The translations under genes were made by a program, and so were the position numbers. Shown piece after piece: positions 1 through 14,961 of a stretch of 64,000 bases of DNA. Below the pieces are notes generated by a model. It was given only the letters and a program-made list of their open reading frames with translations. It was not told the origin of the DNA and did no database searches. This stretch comes from Hamiltosporidium tvaerminnensis FI-OER-3-3 (Eukaryota > Fungi > Microsporidia): the NCBI GenBank assembly GCA_022605425.2, contig JAKIMF020000011.1, forward strand, positions 186,001 through 250,000, written 5' to 3'. Numbering within the stretch: the stretch's first letter is position 1; each line of letters starts with the position of its first letter.

Positions 1-3000
1 TTTTATATTTTAATGAAAAAAACTTGTTTATCTAGAACATTTTGTATATTTCATTTAAAAATACTGAATTTTTTTTTAATTTTTTTACTAAGAACTTAAT
101 TTGAATTTTTATTAAAAGTTTTTACCTGATTTTCATATTATCTATTTTGTCCGTAATAGAAATATTGAACCGTTTTGTGGTACGTGTATTACACATAAGC
201 TTTGTTTCTATTTAAGATAAATAGGTTTGCCCTCCAATTTCGTTTTTTTTATTCATGAGACTATTTTCTAAATTTTAGGTTATAAATCAATTCTTTACAT
301 GTCTAAAAAACATTTAAGTTACTAACCTAAGTCCCTAATTCGGAAAACTTTGATTTTCCTCTTTTTTGGAGAGCATTCTTGATGTTTTTCTTGAATTAAG
401 TCTAATGTGTATTCAATTTAAAATTTTTGATTTGAAAACACTAAAATAAAATATTTTACTGTATTTTACAATTTTAGCAATTATTTTTTATTTCAAAAAA
501 TATTACATCTAAAACTTATGATTGAACACAAATAAAAGCAAAATACTTTTTTTATATAATTGTATTCTCTTTGTCAGCATTCCGCTACCGAATCTTCTTA
601 ATTTAACAAATAAATCTTTAAATTGGTATTATTTATGGCCATTTGCTTTTTTTCACTTGCTAAACTGCCATTTTTCTTTTTATATAGACCTTTTAACATT
701 TAAGTAAATACTAATCTATTTATGCAAATTTTAAACTTCTGTTTTTTTAATTTGTTTTAAATTTAGAATGTAAAGTGATTTGTTCTTCTTAGATTTTCTA
801 TATAATATATACTTTTTAATAGTAAGTATTAAAAATGTATGCGAAACAGGGGGTTTCAAACCATTCTGGTAAAGTTACCTTAGTTAAAATTTTTCCTTCT
901 AATTTAGTTAAGGTAGTTTTGCATTATCGTACAGTTTCACACAATTTTTTCGTTGGTTCGGGGTTTTATTGCTTTCTTAGATTTCGAAGTCTTTTTTTAG
1001 TTATTACTTTTTCTAATACTTTTTTTATTTTTTAATTCTATTTTTTTTTTTAGTGTATACTTTAGGCGTTTTTTTTGCTTTTTGCTAACAATTTTGGATT
1101 CTTAAGGCTAATATGGTGTTTTTCGAAATATAGTCTTATATCAGTTATTATAAAGCTTTTAACTGTAAAGTATTCCGCGATTTTTACTTTTTAATATAAA
1201 TGGTTCTCGTTTTACATTTTTTTAAAATGTTTTTTTTTATATTTTAAAACTATGTTATTCATTTGCTAAAAGTTTTTTAATAATTTACAATAATATTTAT
1301 TGGTAAGGTTTTTTATTAGCTTTTTAGATTTGGTTACAAAATTATTAAGTTTTCTATATGTTTTTACCTTTCTTTTCAAGCTTTTTAAATTTTATCTTAA
1401 ATTTAGCTGTTTTCCTCGTTTTTTACATTTTTTCAAATTTTTTAGTTTTTTTCAAATATTTTATTTTTAAAACTTTTCTACTTTTAGTTTGATTTGAAGT
1501 TTAACAACTTTTTAAGTGATCGGCTTAGGTCTAAGTTTTTTTAAAATATTAAAAAGAGATTTCATTGTAAAACTGCACACTAAATGGTCAATTTGGTTTT
1601 TTGACAAAAATCTGAAGATTTTTTGAATTATAGCTCGGTAATATAAATAAATTGCCCTAATAAAATTGTTAAACCTTAAATTCTGTGTAATTTATTTTTA
1701 TAATAAATTATTAATGTTATATATTGTTTTAAGTTTATTTTATAATGCTTCTATGATTTTTCATAGGCTAGAAATTACCTAGCTACGAAATTCGGAAAAA
1801 TTCTTAACAAAAACTATTTTTTGAAAAAAATGTTTATTTTAACATTCTTAAATACTACAATCTACTTTCAGTTAAAAATTTTGGAATTATCTGTAAAATA
1901 CGGTTTTTAAAAATATAAATTTAGATGATGAATGGTTGATTTAATTTAGTTCGACTTACTTCCATTTGGGAACAATACGTACGGTACACCTTGTATTAAG
2001 ATTGAATTATTTTTTTTAATAACTTAAATTTGCAATTCTTAACTCGGGAAATAGAAAAGTTAAAGCAAACATTTGTGGCTAAAGTAGATCTCTCTTTTAA
2101 CTCAATACACTTAATGCAGTAATCATAACTGAGAGTAATAGTATTAATTTTCAACAGTTTTAAATTTATTTTTGTTTTATATAAAATTACTTTCTAGCTT
2201 CATTATTCTTTTAAATATGTATTAAAAATACTTAAAGCTATCATCTTAAAAAAAATTTATTAATGTATAACCTGTAAATAAGTTATATTAACAAACATAT
2301 ATTTTTTGACTATAGTAAAATTTGCAAACTTATTATTTTATATGTTTGGTTAATTTGCCTAAAAAGGAAAAGGCACGTAAATCTGAAAATTTCTTATAAA
2401 TTTTACCTAGATCTAGTTTTACAAACTTACTAAATAGTTGCTAGAAAATATATGCATGGTTTTTTATTAAAAATTTCCATTACAATTTCACTTTAGATTA
2501 CACTAATAAGAAGTCTCAGGGTTTATAAAAAATTAAATATGTTTTTGCGTGTTTTCATTTAAAAGGTTCCAATTGTTTCAAATCTTTACTTTTTTTGTTA
2601 AAAATTTGAAGAATGGTATTTGTAAAATAAAATTTATGATTCACTATTAAAATACTACAATTATGAAAAATATCAACGGAACTATAGCTACCTTAGTTTT
2701 ATTTTTGAAGAAAGAAACAGAAAATTTGTTATATATACATAAAGTGTATATATTTTCTAAATTTGGGGAATCAATATTATTATTTATCCTTTAATCGGAG
2801 GAAAATAAGTTGGACATATAAAAAATGAATAAATCATTTATTTTTTCATTTTTTAGATCTCTATTATAAGTGATTATGGCTATTTTCTAAGTTAAAGCAT
2901 TTCTTTATATACATAGAAAGTTTCATTTTCAATACAAACAATTTTTTTATTTGTTTCTTTTTAAAATCCATATACTAAATTTTTATTAAATATTTTAAAA

Positions 3001-6000
3001 ATTTTTGTCATATGTATATGAAATGGATATTTACATCGAGAATATCCATAGTGTCTCTCTAAAAAAGGGTATGTAAAAGGGATATTCTCGAAGAGAATAG
3101 CAGAATTTTACTTCATTTAATATCGTAGGGTGCAATTCTCGAAGAGAATATTAAAAGTGTATTTTATGTAGTGTATCTATATTAGATATTCTCAGAAAAA
3201 ATTTCGATAAGAGAAAGACTTTCTATTTTTAGTTCTTAAAATGATTTTATTTTTTCATGTTTGTTATCAAGCAATGACATATGTAACTGAAATATAGAGA
3301 TATATAGGAAAAAAAAGCATTTTTCTATAGGAATATCATGAAATCAACGACATATATATCCAAGTATTTTTATAGGAGAAGTCATTTTAAAGTCTAAAAA
3401 ATAATTTGTAAGGTATTTCATTTGTAGTACGTTATATATTATATACTTTCTTATAGTTTGGTAGTTTAATATATATCTTAGCAAGGTGTAAAGACTTGTT
3501 ATTGTATTGGTTTAAATATATATAATTAGATTAAAAGAATGAAAACTATAAATACTGCTACATTTTTAATTTCGTGGCATCTTCTAAAGGGATACTTTTA
3601 CTGTTTCTATGAGTTAGGGCTTTGCTATCTTAAGGGTAGTAATTCTACGATGCCCTGATATAACTCGTTTTCGCTAAACTAATGTAGAAGCCATAAAATG
3701 CATGCCACCAATACTTAAGGATTTTGGTCCTACTTTGATCTAGGCAGCCAATTTATTTTTACTTCTGCTATCTATCTAAGATGATATGGTTTTTTAAAGA
3801 GCTCATGTAAAATATTTTGCATAGTTCTGATCATAATTCATAGATAGTAAACAAATAACTCGTTCGATCTCGTAAAACAGTCGAATTGCCTTAAATAAGT
3901 AACTTTATTATCTTATGAAAATGTTGATATATAATCATATCAGTATCAATAACTGTGTTACGGTAACTTTGGAGCAATGATACCGATTACGGGACAAAAT
4001 TGAAAATTTAAATAGAAGACTTTATAAGAGCGTGTACAATGAAATGACCTTAAAATATGAGGCTAGAAGCAGAATATTTCAGCTCTTAAAGCTACTTGTA
4101 TAAATTTTTAAAAAACAATAGAAACTTTATTAGACTTATCTCTAAGTTCTTACATCAAAATAAAAAGTCGTCATTCTGTTACAATGATATCTCCAAAGCT
4201 GTTTATGTTTTCAGTAGGGTAATTTCTATTTAAATCATTATATGCGTTCTATGTTTTTAGGAGCCAATATAGAAAATCTTAACTTTAAATTAAAACAACC
4301 TCACAGTGTTTTCTATATAAAATTTTGGTTTTGCCATCCGTATAAACACAAAGTCTACACGCTTTAAATGACACCTTACTATTGTGAATGACCTATCTAA
4401 GTTAGTTGAATTTCTAAGCAGATGAATGTCTGCGCTCTATTTCTGAGGATTAGCTTTCTTTTATATATTTGCTTATATTTATTTTATGAAATATACCGTC
4501 TTGAGCAATGGAAATTATATCGTATTGTATAGCTATAAGAAAAAAATTAACCTAGAATATAAAAAAATAGATGCTCGAAATATCTTTGCATTGAACTTAA
4601 TTAATACAAGGGCTTTAAACATTATATAAAAAAATTAAATTATCTATGAGATTGAAATTTCTTTTTAGACATAAATTTGTTTTTTATTTGTATAAACACA
4701 AATAAAAAACTTAACTTATATTATTTTTTAATTTAAAATTATTTTTGCAACAATAAAATGTATAGATAATCTCAAAGAAAAAATAAACATAAAACTTTTT
4801 TAATGCAGAGCTAAAAAGATTGTAAAATCCTAGGTATAATTTATTCTTTGCCTTCTACCCTATTTTAACATGGCATTGCTTTTCGTAAAAGAAAGCGTTT
4901 ACACATTCTTTTGTTTCTAAATTTACTAAAAATTGACCAACCTCTTAAAATTTTATATATCTTTATAAAGGTCTGAGAAGCTATAAAATATTTTTAAAAG
5001 CATATAATGGGTACAGATTTTGTGCTTAGTTTCTTATTTTCATACTGATATCCCAGATTCACATATAGAACTTTTCTTTAAGACGCTCTACTCACAGTAT
5101 AATTTTGATATGTTTTTATCTCAATTAAGTTAAGATTTTGATATTAAGGTTTATAAAAACACGACGTTTTTAGATACAATTCATTGTGGGGCTTCGTATA
5201 TAAGCTGCATGTTTTTAATTCGGAGGATACATGTAAAAACAAAAGAAATAATTATATGGAATAGTTGGCAAATTTAAAAAAATCATTAATCAATAGAGAA
5301 ACTATTTGCAATTAAAATTCTAGAGATATTTTGTAAAATTTCTTCTTACTTCGAAAATTACTTTATATATGCAATAGTTAATAAGAGCTTTATCTCCATG
5401 TAAAATTTTATTAGTAAGTTATTCATTAGTTTAAAATTTATTGAAAATCTGTTATTGTTTTTATAAAATTAAATTTTTTAACCGGAATATACCAAAAATG
5501 TTGGTTATTTTTTTGTTTTGATATTCTAATTTTTGAGTTTAATCAAGCTAAAATCAATTTTTTTATTTTAAGTACAATAATAAAACTTTGTTTTTGATTC
5601 TTTATGTCGTATGATTTAAGCTTCTAGTATTTATATGTAATATATGCCTTTAATTTAATTTTGGAAATAATTGAATCCATAATGGTTTATTTGCAAACAA
5701 AAATAAATTAAATTACAGGTTTAGCTTCGATTTTTTTCCTTCTAAAAACCTTTTTTTTGCATTTTTATAAACTTAGAATTCAGATAAATTCAATAAAGGG
5801 AAATTTGGTATGTTATATATGTTTACTTTTTAACGCAAATAAGCGAACTACATGATTTTAGCAGTAAAAAATTGGTTTATGGGCATATTTTAGTTTGTTT
5901 GTCAAACGTCATAATAGATTTACAAAAAAGATAGTTGAATAAAAGGAATTTAAATAATATCTCATTTGTATTCGCTTAAAAACTTTAAATATTTTAGAGA

Positions 6001-9000
6001 AAAATCCAAAGTTTTGTATGGTAAAGAATTTACTTTTTTGAAATTGTTGCTCTTTAAGAATTGTCAATTTATATTGCAGTTTTTAATCGAATTTTATTTT
6101 TTTAATCACCGTTATTCACAACATTTATTCGATTTTTTTTTAAAACAGGTTATTTTTCAATTATTTTATTGCTTGTAAATAAATATCTCCTAAAAAAGTA
6201 TCATAACAACATTCTTCAATAAATTTGTGCTTTAACCTACACCTACTAAATGTCTCTGTAGTCATAATATAAAATTTGGCATCATAGAGTAAAATTTGAG
6301 AGCTTTATATATAAATTTTTCTTTTAATATAAAGAGTATTTAAATCTATCTTTAATACAAAGATTCTTAAATTTTAACTTGACTAAAATCGGAAAAAACA
6401 ATTTAAAATTGAATTTTCTTCTATAACCGAAAAAAACTATTGTTTAGCTACATTAATTTTTATAATTATTTTTTTTATAATTTTTTTGATGAATTCACAT
6501 GTTTTTACGTTGAATAATTTCGCTGCGCGCAATTATGGTTAAGATATAATTTATCTCAATTATAGCAGTTGAATTAATAATTATGTTTTCATGTTTTATA
6601 GACTAATGCTTATGTTCCATTAATTAAATTTATTTTGTTCACTCCAAGCTTATATATTATTTATGAAAATTTCTAATAGATTGAGATGTCTATAAATTTT
6701 AAATTATTTCTGCATTAAAAAAAACTTGTATTTCATGAAATTTTATATTTGATTCAAGTTTAAATTTTAATTTATGAAAATCGTAAAATAGAACGATTTA
6801 ATAAAAAAAATTTCCAACATTAACCTGGCAAATAATGTTTTGTCTTAAAATAATGCAGATATATTGATTTTGCCTTTACAATCTATATAAACTTGTCACT
6901 GATTAGTTTTTTTAAAAAAAAATATTTAAAATTATTTTATAGCGATGAGCTAGAAGGTTGTTGCTTTTTCTTTGCATATTTTTATCAATTTTAATGCTCT
7001 ATTCTTACTTTTATATATATGGTATAATTTTAAACTATATTCTTGGTCTTTTTTCACAGTAAAAGTTCTAAAATCAGGCATTCAAAATTACAAATAAATT
7101 TCTTAGCTTTTTTCTACATAATATTTTAAATCATATTAGAGTATATATCTTGCTGCATTTTATTTGAAACCTTTAAGCCCTTTTTATCAGAGTACATTTG
7201 GTCTTCTATCAAGTCTTTTTCAAAGGCTAAAAAAATAAAGTAGTGCATTTTTTATAAATTTTCTAAACATTATTTATCGATCAGGTCTTAATATTATAGA
7301 TATAAAGATTCTTATAAAATAATTTCCAAAGGTACTATTATCAAGCCAATATAGAATTTCTTGTTTTGATAAATCAATACTAAAGATAAATTAGTATTCC
7401 AATATTGTAGTTTCGAAAATTCAAAGTATCTAGATTGTTAAAAAAAATTGAATACAAAAACTTAGAATATATTATAAAACATAAAAATATCTATTCATTT
7501 GTTTAATTCTTAAAAAAGTTGTATCCTGGTCATTTTTGATATCTAGAATCATTTTTTATGCTAGTAATTCTGTGGGGCGTCAATCCAAATAGTTGAATAT
7601 AAAAAAATGCAAGATTTGTATTAAAGATATTTCGTGATGATCGAAACTCACAATTTCAAGATTGATTAAGAAATATTTTATAAAAAAGCTTATATTTATA
7701 TAAACATTTGCAAAGATGAAGAGCTAAAATTATAAACTCGCGATATATATTTTCAAAGTAATTCAATGTTTTTCTTTAATTTTTTTTCGAAATATGATCT
7801 ATGGTTTTGGAAAACCCGGTATTATATAATATGATTTACGATACTTGTTTTTAGGAAGTATTGTTAGTATATTTCCTATTCTAGAATGGAATTGACCGCA
7901 AAAGACAAAGAATCATCGTATATATGATGATAAAGAGGTATAATTGCGCAAAAGTTTATCGTTTAATCTTAATTGCTTTTTTTTCGTCATATGTAAGTAA
8001 GACAGTTCCAAATAATATACTGTAATTTTTTTTATGACTACCAATACAGTTCTCCACCCCGATCCATATCTGTACAAGTATTATCTTTAGTGGATGTATT
8101 TTAAGGCTTATTTCATATTCATGAGAAAGATTTTGTAACGCTTCTGATAAATACCTTTGTAAGCTCTCTAAAATTTTTTATTTTTGCTGTAATATTTTCA
8201 AATTTATAAAAAGTCTTTCGAAAATATATGGAACATGTGAAGATTTTTTCCTTGGTGTGATTTGATATGTTATCTTTAAACATGTGAAAAAATAATATAT
8301 TTTCATTAATTTTAAGTTAATTTTGTATTTTAAAATTTTTTAATTAATATTCTTTAATTTCAAAGCCTAAAGGAAGCCTTGAAATTTAATTTTCTGGCTG
8401 ATTTTTTGTTTCATTTTATTTCGTAGTTAGAATTTCTTCCAAAAATGTAATAATTTTCTTCATGTCAGTAATATTAGCACTTCCCTAGAAGTTTTGGAAT
8501 TATATTCTTAATATTTCTATACTAATGATTTTTGAACAATTATAATTTGCCAGCTGAAATTTTTATCTGAGACATTTGTGAAAATTCTTTGAGCCAGAAG
8601 ATTTTAAATTTCTAAATTATCTTCCAAATTCAATTTCCTCTTCTTATTTCTAAACAATAATGTTCTATCTTTTTATATTCCTTATATCTAACTATCAACC
8701 TTATCGGTAGTATTTTTCCGATACCTTTCAATATATAGGCAACGTTTTCGTCTACATGATTCTGCGCAAGCTTATTGATATATCATAAGGGGGGGTTTAA
8801 AATACTCGTTTTTCAGCTGGCTTTTTTTAAAATAAAAAAGATTTTTTTGGCTTCGCTCTTTTCTTATTTCTCATCGAACGCCTTATTTATTGCCGGATGG
8901 AGTCACGTTGTAACCTCATATCTATTTCAACCCGTATTTTGGTTCCCTATCGTTTAATATGAATCCGTACGTTCGACTAGCTGCTACTATTTGAGATAAA

Positions 9001-11522
9001 TTTTCGTTATTAGCGGTAAACAGAAATCGTACCTACCTGAAAGGTTTTCGGGCATGTTAGAATTTTCAATTTTTCTTTCTTCTTCCACTGTATTTTAATA
9101 TTTTACATTTCTACAAATTTGATATCGTACCATGTAATGAAAGTTGGATCAAGCAATTGTTAATTTTAATATTTGGTACAAAAAATTAGAAAAAATTGCT
9201 TTGTTTAAATGGTATTATTGTTCTATTATCAAATAATTAGAAAGGGAAAACAAATAGTTTATAAATAAATTGTACAAATGGTAATATGTGCCGATTTATG
9301 GATCTTGAATTGTTATACGGCAATTATTTCTATATTTTACCTTCTTTTTCACATATATTTGTAATCTAATCTTTATGAATGAGACTTTGCCCATTTATTT
9401 CTAATTTTTACTCAATTTTATTTTAGTTTTAAAATTATCTAGTATTACGGAATCACTAATATATTTGGGTCATTTTCTTTGTAGGTTAATTTTTTCTCTT
9501 TTCTTCATGATTAATTTAATACTTAATCATCTTCTCTGAATATGGAAAATAATTAAATTCATATTTTAAATTAGAAATGTTATTTTTAAAGATTGATGTA
9601 TAAGAGGAATTCAAACGATTATTTATATTTCCAAACTCGATTTGGAATCTAATCTAGAGAAACATAGAGAATAAATATACTTGGGCTTTATTTCATTTTA
9701 GAAAACTTATTTCTAATGCATAGAATTTAAAATTTTTATTTAGGAATAAATTACATTTTTTCTATAAGTTTCTATTGTTATGAGCAATTTAAGAAAAAAA
9801 TTCAGCTTGACTATTTTTTGTTTAAAAATATTTATGTTTAGTTTGAACATTCTTTGTCCAATTTTAGTCTTTTTTATTTGCTTTTGTTTAAAATCTAATG
9901 ACTTGCAAATATAAAACAAAATCGGCATGAGTCTATATGTCAAGTCAAAAATTGTTCAAGAATGTCAATTAGAACAAAAATAAGTGTGCAAAATATTGTA
10001 ATCATAATTTATTCTTTTTTAAATCAAAGAGTATTTTATATCCTGAACCAAAATAAATTTATTCAAATTTAAGTGGGATATTTAAGGGCTTGTATGGTGG
10101 AATAAAAACTTAAAAACCTAGATATTTAATTGAAATATTATCTTTGTAAAATCAAGGATCTTGAATAGAATATAAGAAGAAATGTAAAAAAATGATAAAA
10201 TCTAAGTAATTGTTCAAAAACCTGTGGAAATTTTACATAGATTATATAATGCTTCGACCAAACAGCTAATTTATATTTAAATACTTTTTCATAGATCGAA
10301 TGTCATTTTTCCACCATACATAATCGGATTTTTTCTACTAATTTACTTATCGTGTAAAATATCTGTTATAGATATGACAGAGATATAATTTTAGACGTAA
10401 GAAGTAGACTTTAATAACTATTTATGTTATAAATCCTCCCGTGGAATTGAATGATTTTTTATATTTAATCCATTACTTCGTAATGGCATCTAAATTGACT
10501 TACGTTACATTAAGATATTTGATAATTTATTTCGTTTTTCTCGAATATAAATATACGTTGGTTAGAAATAAAAATACTTTTCATCAGCATCTTTATTTAA
10601 ATAGAAAAGGCTTGCGAAAAGAGCCGCAACATAAATTGCAAGATATTTTTTTTAATTATAAGGGCTATGAAGAGAAAGAAATATTATAATAACTTGTTGT
10701 TTCAATCTACTTAGATATTTGGTATAAAGGAAAATCCTCTAAAGATTTTAGTGCAAAACCCAAAGCAATCACGATGAAATATTCTAACCTTTTCAAGTTA
10801 TTTTTTCAAGGCATAATACCCTTTTACTTTCAAATAATTGTCAATTTTCACAATTACAAACGTAATAGAACATCGATTTTTTAAGCGAGTGGTTTAGGTT
10901 TATATTATGATGGGTTTAGACTGTATACAGAATTTTTTTATTTTTCTGATCTTGGTTTAGAAGAGAAAGGATCGAAAGTATTTTTAATACGAAAATATGC
11001 TATGCTTTTTCTGAAATTAATAGATAAAAAATAATGTTAAAAAAAACATGATAAAGGCTTTATCTGCAAGAGTGAAAATGTGATAAATATGGTTTCAAAT
11101 CAAAATTGGCTTTTTCATGTTTAACTATGTTTATTTCTGCAAAATTGCAAGCGAATATTCACGTGATAGGTATTACTTTAGAATTAAGAAGAAAAATGGA
11201 ATTTATTAAATCTTTAAATTAAAATATTAAACTACTACATGTAATAAATCTTATGCTTAATAAAAAAAGTACGACTACATTTTAAACTTATTTTGTTTAT
11301 GTCTTAGCTATAAGTGCAACATAAAATTACAACATTGCTATCCACGGTAATTTGCATATAGAATATTATGCGCTTTAAAATGCTGATGTAAGATTTCTTC
11401 GTTATATTCAAATGTCTTATAAACTTTTACATTTACTTATTGGTAGAGGTTACCTTGAATAACCAAATATAATTTTAGATTCATCGAAAAAATATGATTA
11501 AAGCTAGTCTATCATCTTTACA

Positions 11523-11752
11523 GTCCCTGACTATGCCAAGAACATAATTAGCTTGGTGTATTCTCTGCTTGTCGTAAGAGGTGACTAAACTGACTGGTCC
11601 TCAAAGTTGGGGTTGAGTGTAAAACCAATCGTTTAAACCACCTTGCTACGAAACCCCGAAAAAGTAAACAAATTCACTGTAAAAAGACAAATGGGCAGTA
11701 TAACTTAGAGCAGCCATGGCTCGTGCAGGGCTTTGGTGGCAAGGATAATAAT
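11523..11752 (+). mobile_element. Short bipartite RTE-like non-autonomous retroelement (SINE-like)
   Basis: GC-richer island. 5' part CTGCTTGTCGTAAGAGGTGACTAA...GTTGGGGTTG...TTGCTACGAAACC resembles RTE 5' UTR blocks. 3' part GCCATGGCTCGTGCAGGGCTTTGGTGGCAAGGATAATAAT resembles an RTE 3' end with a (TAA)n tail. Recognition from memory only. Confidence 0.5.
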
Positions 11753-12399
11753 CTTCTTTAACTTCATTATATATTATATTAAGTTTAAATTTATTGATCT
11801 TTTCAAAAAAGATTTTATACCTTTTTCTAATCGTTTGTCCTGTGTATTTTTTTTAGCATTTCATATACGGATTTTGAGCCACTCTTCTATCATTTACTAA
11901 TTAATCATTGGCAGGTTGATTTACTTAGTATGCTATTCCTCATCTGGTTATTGGTTTTAAATTTATATACGTAGGTCAAATTTCTTTTTCGCTCATTTCA
12001 GCTTGTGAGTTTTTTTTTGCATTTCGCTTTACTTTTCATGTATTTCAAGATCTGTGGGTTTTTTTATTATAAATAAACACCTGTCTTGGTGTCCTGATGT
12101 ATTTTTTCTAAATGTATAATTTATTAGTTCATTTGAATTCAAATGTTTTAGTCAAATTGGATATGTAAATTCTATACTAATAATCTAAACAAAATTAATT
12201 GTTGAATTAAATTCTTTTTATACAAATAAATTAATAAGAAACAGCCTTTATAAATTAATTCTATTGTACAAGCGTTGTGTACAAGTAAATCAAATTTAAA
12301 AAAAATATAAATAGAAAGTAAACCTTATAAAGCAATTCTTAAAAAAAAGTATATGAAAATATGCATCGATGCTATTCATAGGAAGTATTAAATTCTTAC

Positions 12400-14250
12400 A
12401 AGTTGTTTAGTAATAGTTAGAGCAAATATGATTTGGATTTTATAAAACGAATTCAACTGGTTTTTTTCGAACATTAATCTTTTTGTATAAATTAAAATAG
12501 CATTATAAAAGTAATTCTCTTGATATTTCACTATAATTAGTATCTTACGGTTTTCGGATCAATTGAATAATAGGGGGATTCTTCCTCATTGCATATCTTG
12601 ATTATATTATAAATATTATTTGCCTTCAAATGAATATGATTAAAGCATTTGTAATAAATTTAAAAACTTCCTTTAAAGTATTATAAAAAAAGGCTCTAAA
12701 TAAGTCCTATAAGAGGATATAATCATAATGATGTATGAAACGACCTAGTATATTCTTTAATTTGAAATTATTCGATATCAGATGTTATGAAGTAAAGATT
12801 GTTTCTAAATAGCCTACTTTATCTATAAACTATTTACTCAGAACGATTACTTTTAAAAAGCTAGCCTTATTCTAATGAAAGATATTTATTTTTAAGATTT
12901 CGATATAATTACAAGAATATTAAGTAATGTTATGCATAGGATTATGTTTTAATTCTACTGTATTTTTAACAGTATGAGCTGAAGACAGATGATATGCGAA
13001 GCATACTAAAAATATATTAGAACGATTTTACGAAAGTATTTAATAATATAATAAATTTAAGATTCGAGCTACATATCTTATAAATATGCTTATATATGCC
13101 TGTGAGAATGAATAATCTTATTGATACTACACGTATGCAATGAAAAATATGACTTAAAAACAACAACATTTACATAATGTACTTAAAAATTAAATATTTA
13201 AGGATTAAATGTACAGAATCAATCGAGAGAATATGAAGCGAGAATAAATTATGGTATAAAAAAAGAGAAGAAGGTATATGTTATGAAAAGAAATTTTTTA
13301 TGAAAATATATTGATTATTAACTCAATGGATTATATTTTAATGTGATATGGATTATTTTTCAAACTAATGCAAAGCTTATTTTTATGTTAATTTCGTGTA
13401 TTAGAACAAACTTATGTGTGTTTTCTCTGATTGTTTACATCTCTTTTTAAAAATAAAAACTCGCATTGTTACGAAAGCTTGCTTGTAATATTTTTTGAAA
13501 GATTTACAAAACTTATTATTTTTTAAAAAAAAAAGTATTTTGAAAATACAATTCTCGTTACAATGTTAACATTCATAAAATATAAATGTTTATAAGCATC
13601 GTATGTAAAAAGATGTTTAGATAGGTTCGTTGTGTTTAAAACAAAAAAAAAATCTTGAAGAATTTCAGTTAGCTATGAATTATATGTTTAATGAATCGGA
13701 ATTGGTTTTAATAATACTTTCAATCATGTTAAACAACATTGAAATCTTAGAATTATAGCAATTGCAAAGTTGCAAAACAATGAAACAGATTATTAAGATA
13801 AAAAGTGGAACTGATTACCAGTTTTATTTCTTTGTTAATAATTTTTTAGATTTTAAAGTTTATCAATCGATAAAATGTATAAAAAAGAATGAAATTTTTT
13901 TCGTAACAAGTATGAGCAAATTTCTGTAATTTGGTGTTTTGGGAACTCAATATAATGTTTCTGTTGTTTAGACATAAAAAAAATATTATTAAAATAAACT
14001 TTAAAGAATCTTCAAATATTTATGTATATGGTTTTATTCACTTAAATAATAACTTTTCCACGCTTAAAAATATGGTTCTTTACTTACTTTCAATTGATTT
14101 GATATAAGGCATATTCAGATAAATAATCTAAGACATTAAAAAGTGCAAACAATTATTTTCAATGTGGCTCATGCAACTAAAAAAATATCAAGTTGAACAC
14201 ATTGAACGTTTAAATGGTGTCTAAATCAAATTTTAAAAAAAAACTTGAAT
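12400..14250 (+). mobile_element. Highly decayed Ty3/Gypsy-type pol remnant (RT-RNaseH-integrase)
   Basis: FLIAYLDYII at 12582-12611 (cf. YLDD), YELKTD at ~12975 (cf. RNase H LxTDAS), KKYQVEHIERLNG at ~14180-14220 (cf. integrase ERxN). Gypsy order and plausible spacing, many stops; boundaries approximate. Confidence 0.5.
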
Positions 14251-14961
14251 TGTATTAAAAATAGAAAGATTATTTAACTACTAGAAGAGCAAACTAAAAG
14301 CTTAATTTTAGAGAATTTTAACCCCCGAATGTGAATCTAATCAACAAAACAAAAATTAATTTGAAAAAATTGTATATCAAAAGCTTTCTAAGAACAAATA
14401 TAACTTTTCAGTTTAATAAAAAAATCAGATTATTTTGTTCTAATTAAATCATAATTTTAATAATTGTCTTTAGATTACAAAATTTCTATTTAAAAAAATC
14501 TAATAAGTGGTTTTTTTTTCAATAAAAATATAAATTCATATTGAATTTTGAATAATTATGATTTCAAGCAATAATTTTTAATTATCAATTTTTTATTTCT
14601 ATTTTCTTTTTTTAGAATGTTGATTATTGTAATGCTCTAAAATAGAAAAATATTTTTTTTTTCAATTTAGATTTTTATGAATTTTATTTTTATGACAATT
14701 TTGAAATAACATACATTCATATTTTAAAAATATTTTATATAAAAAGATTTAAGAGCTAAATTTAATGTCTAACGAATTGAAATAAATTTGATTAAGAACC
14801 AATTTGATTATTTTTCATATATATTAGAAGATTTTAAGAAGATAATTTAGTTTCAAAACAATTTTAACTCGAAAAATAAAATTATTAAAAAATTGCTGTT
14901 TTAGGAAAATTGGAACAAAAAAAATATTTAAATATTTCTGGATTTCGGTTTCTAAAAAGAA

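Noticed and set aside
522-10689. Short ORFs of 60-82 aa in the first 11 kb
   Set aside because: Mostly non-ATG starts, F/L/K/I-biased composition expected from AT-rich DNA, no motifs.
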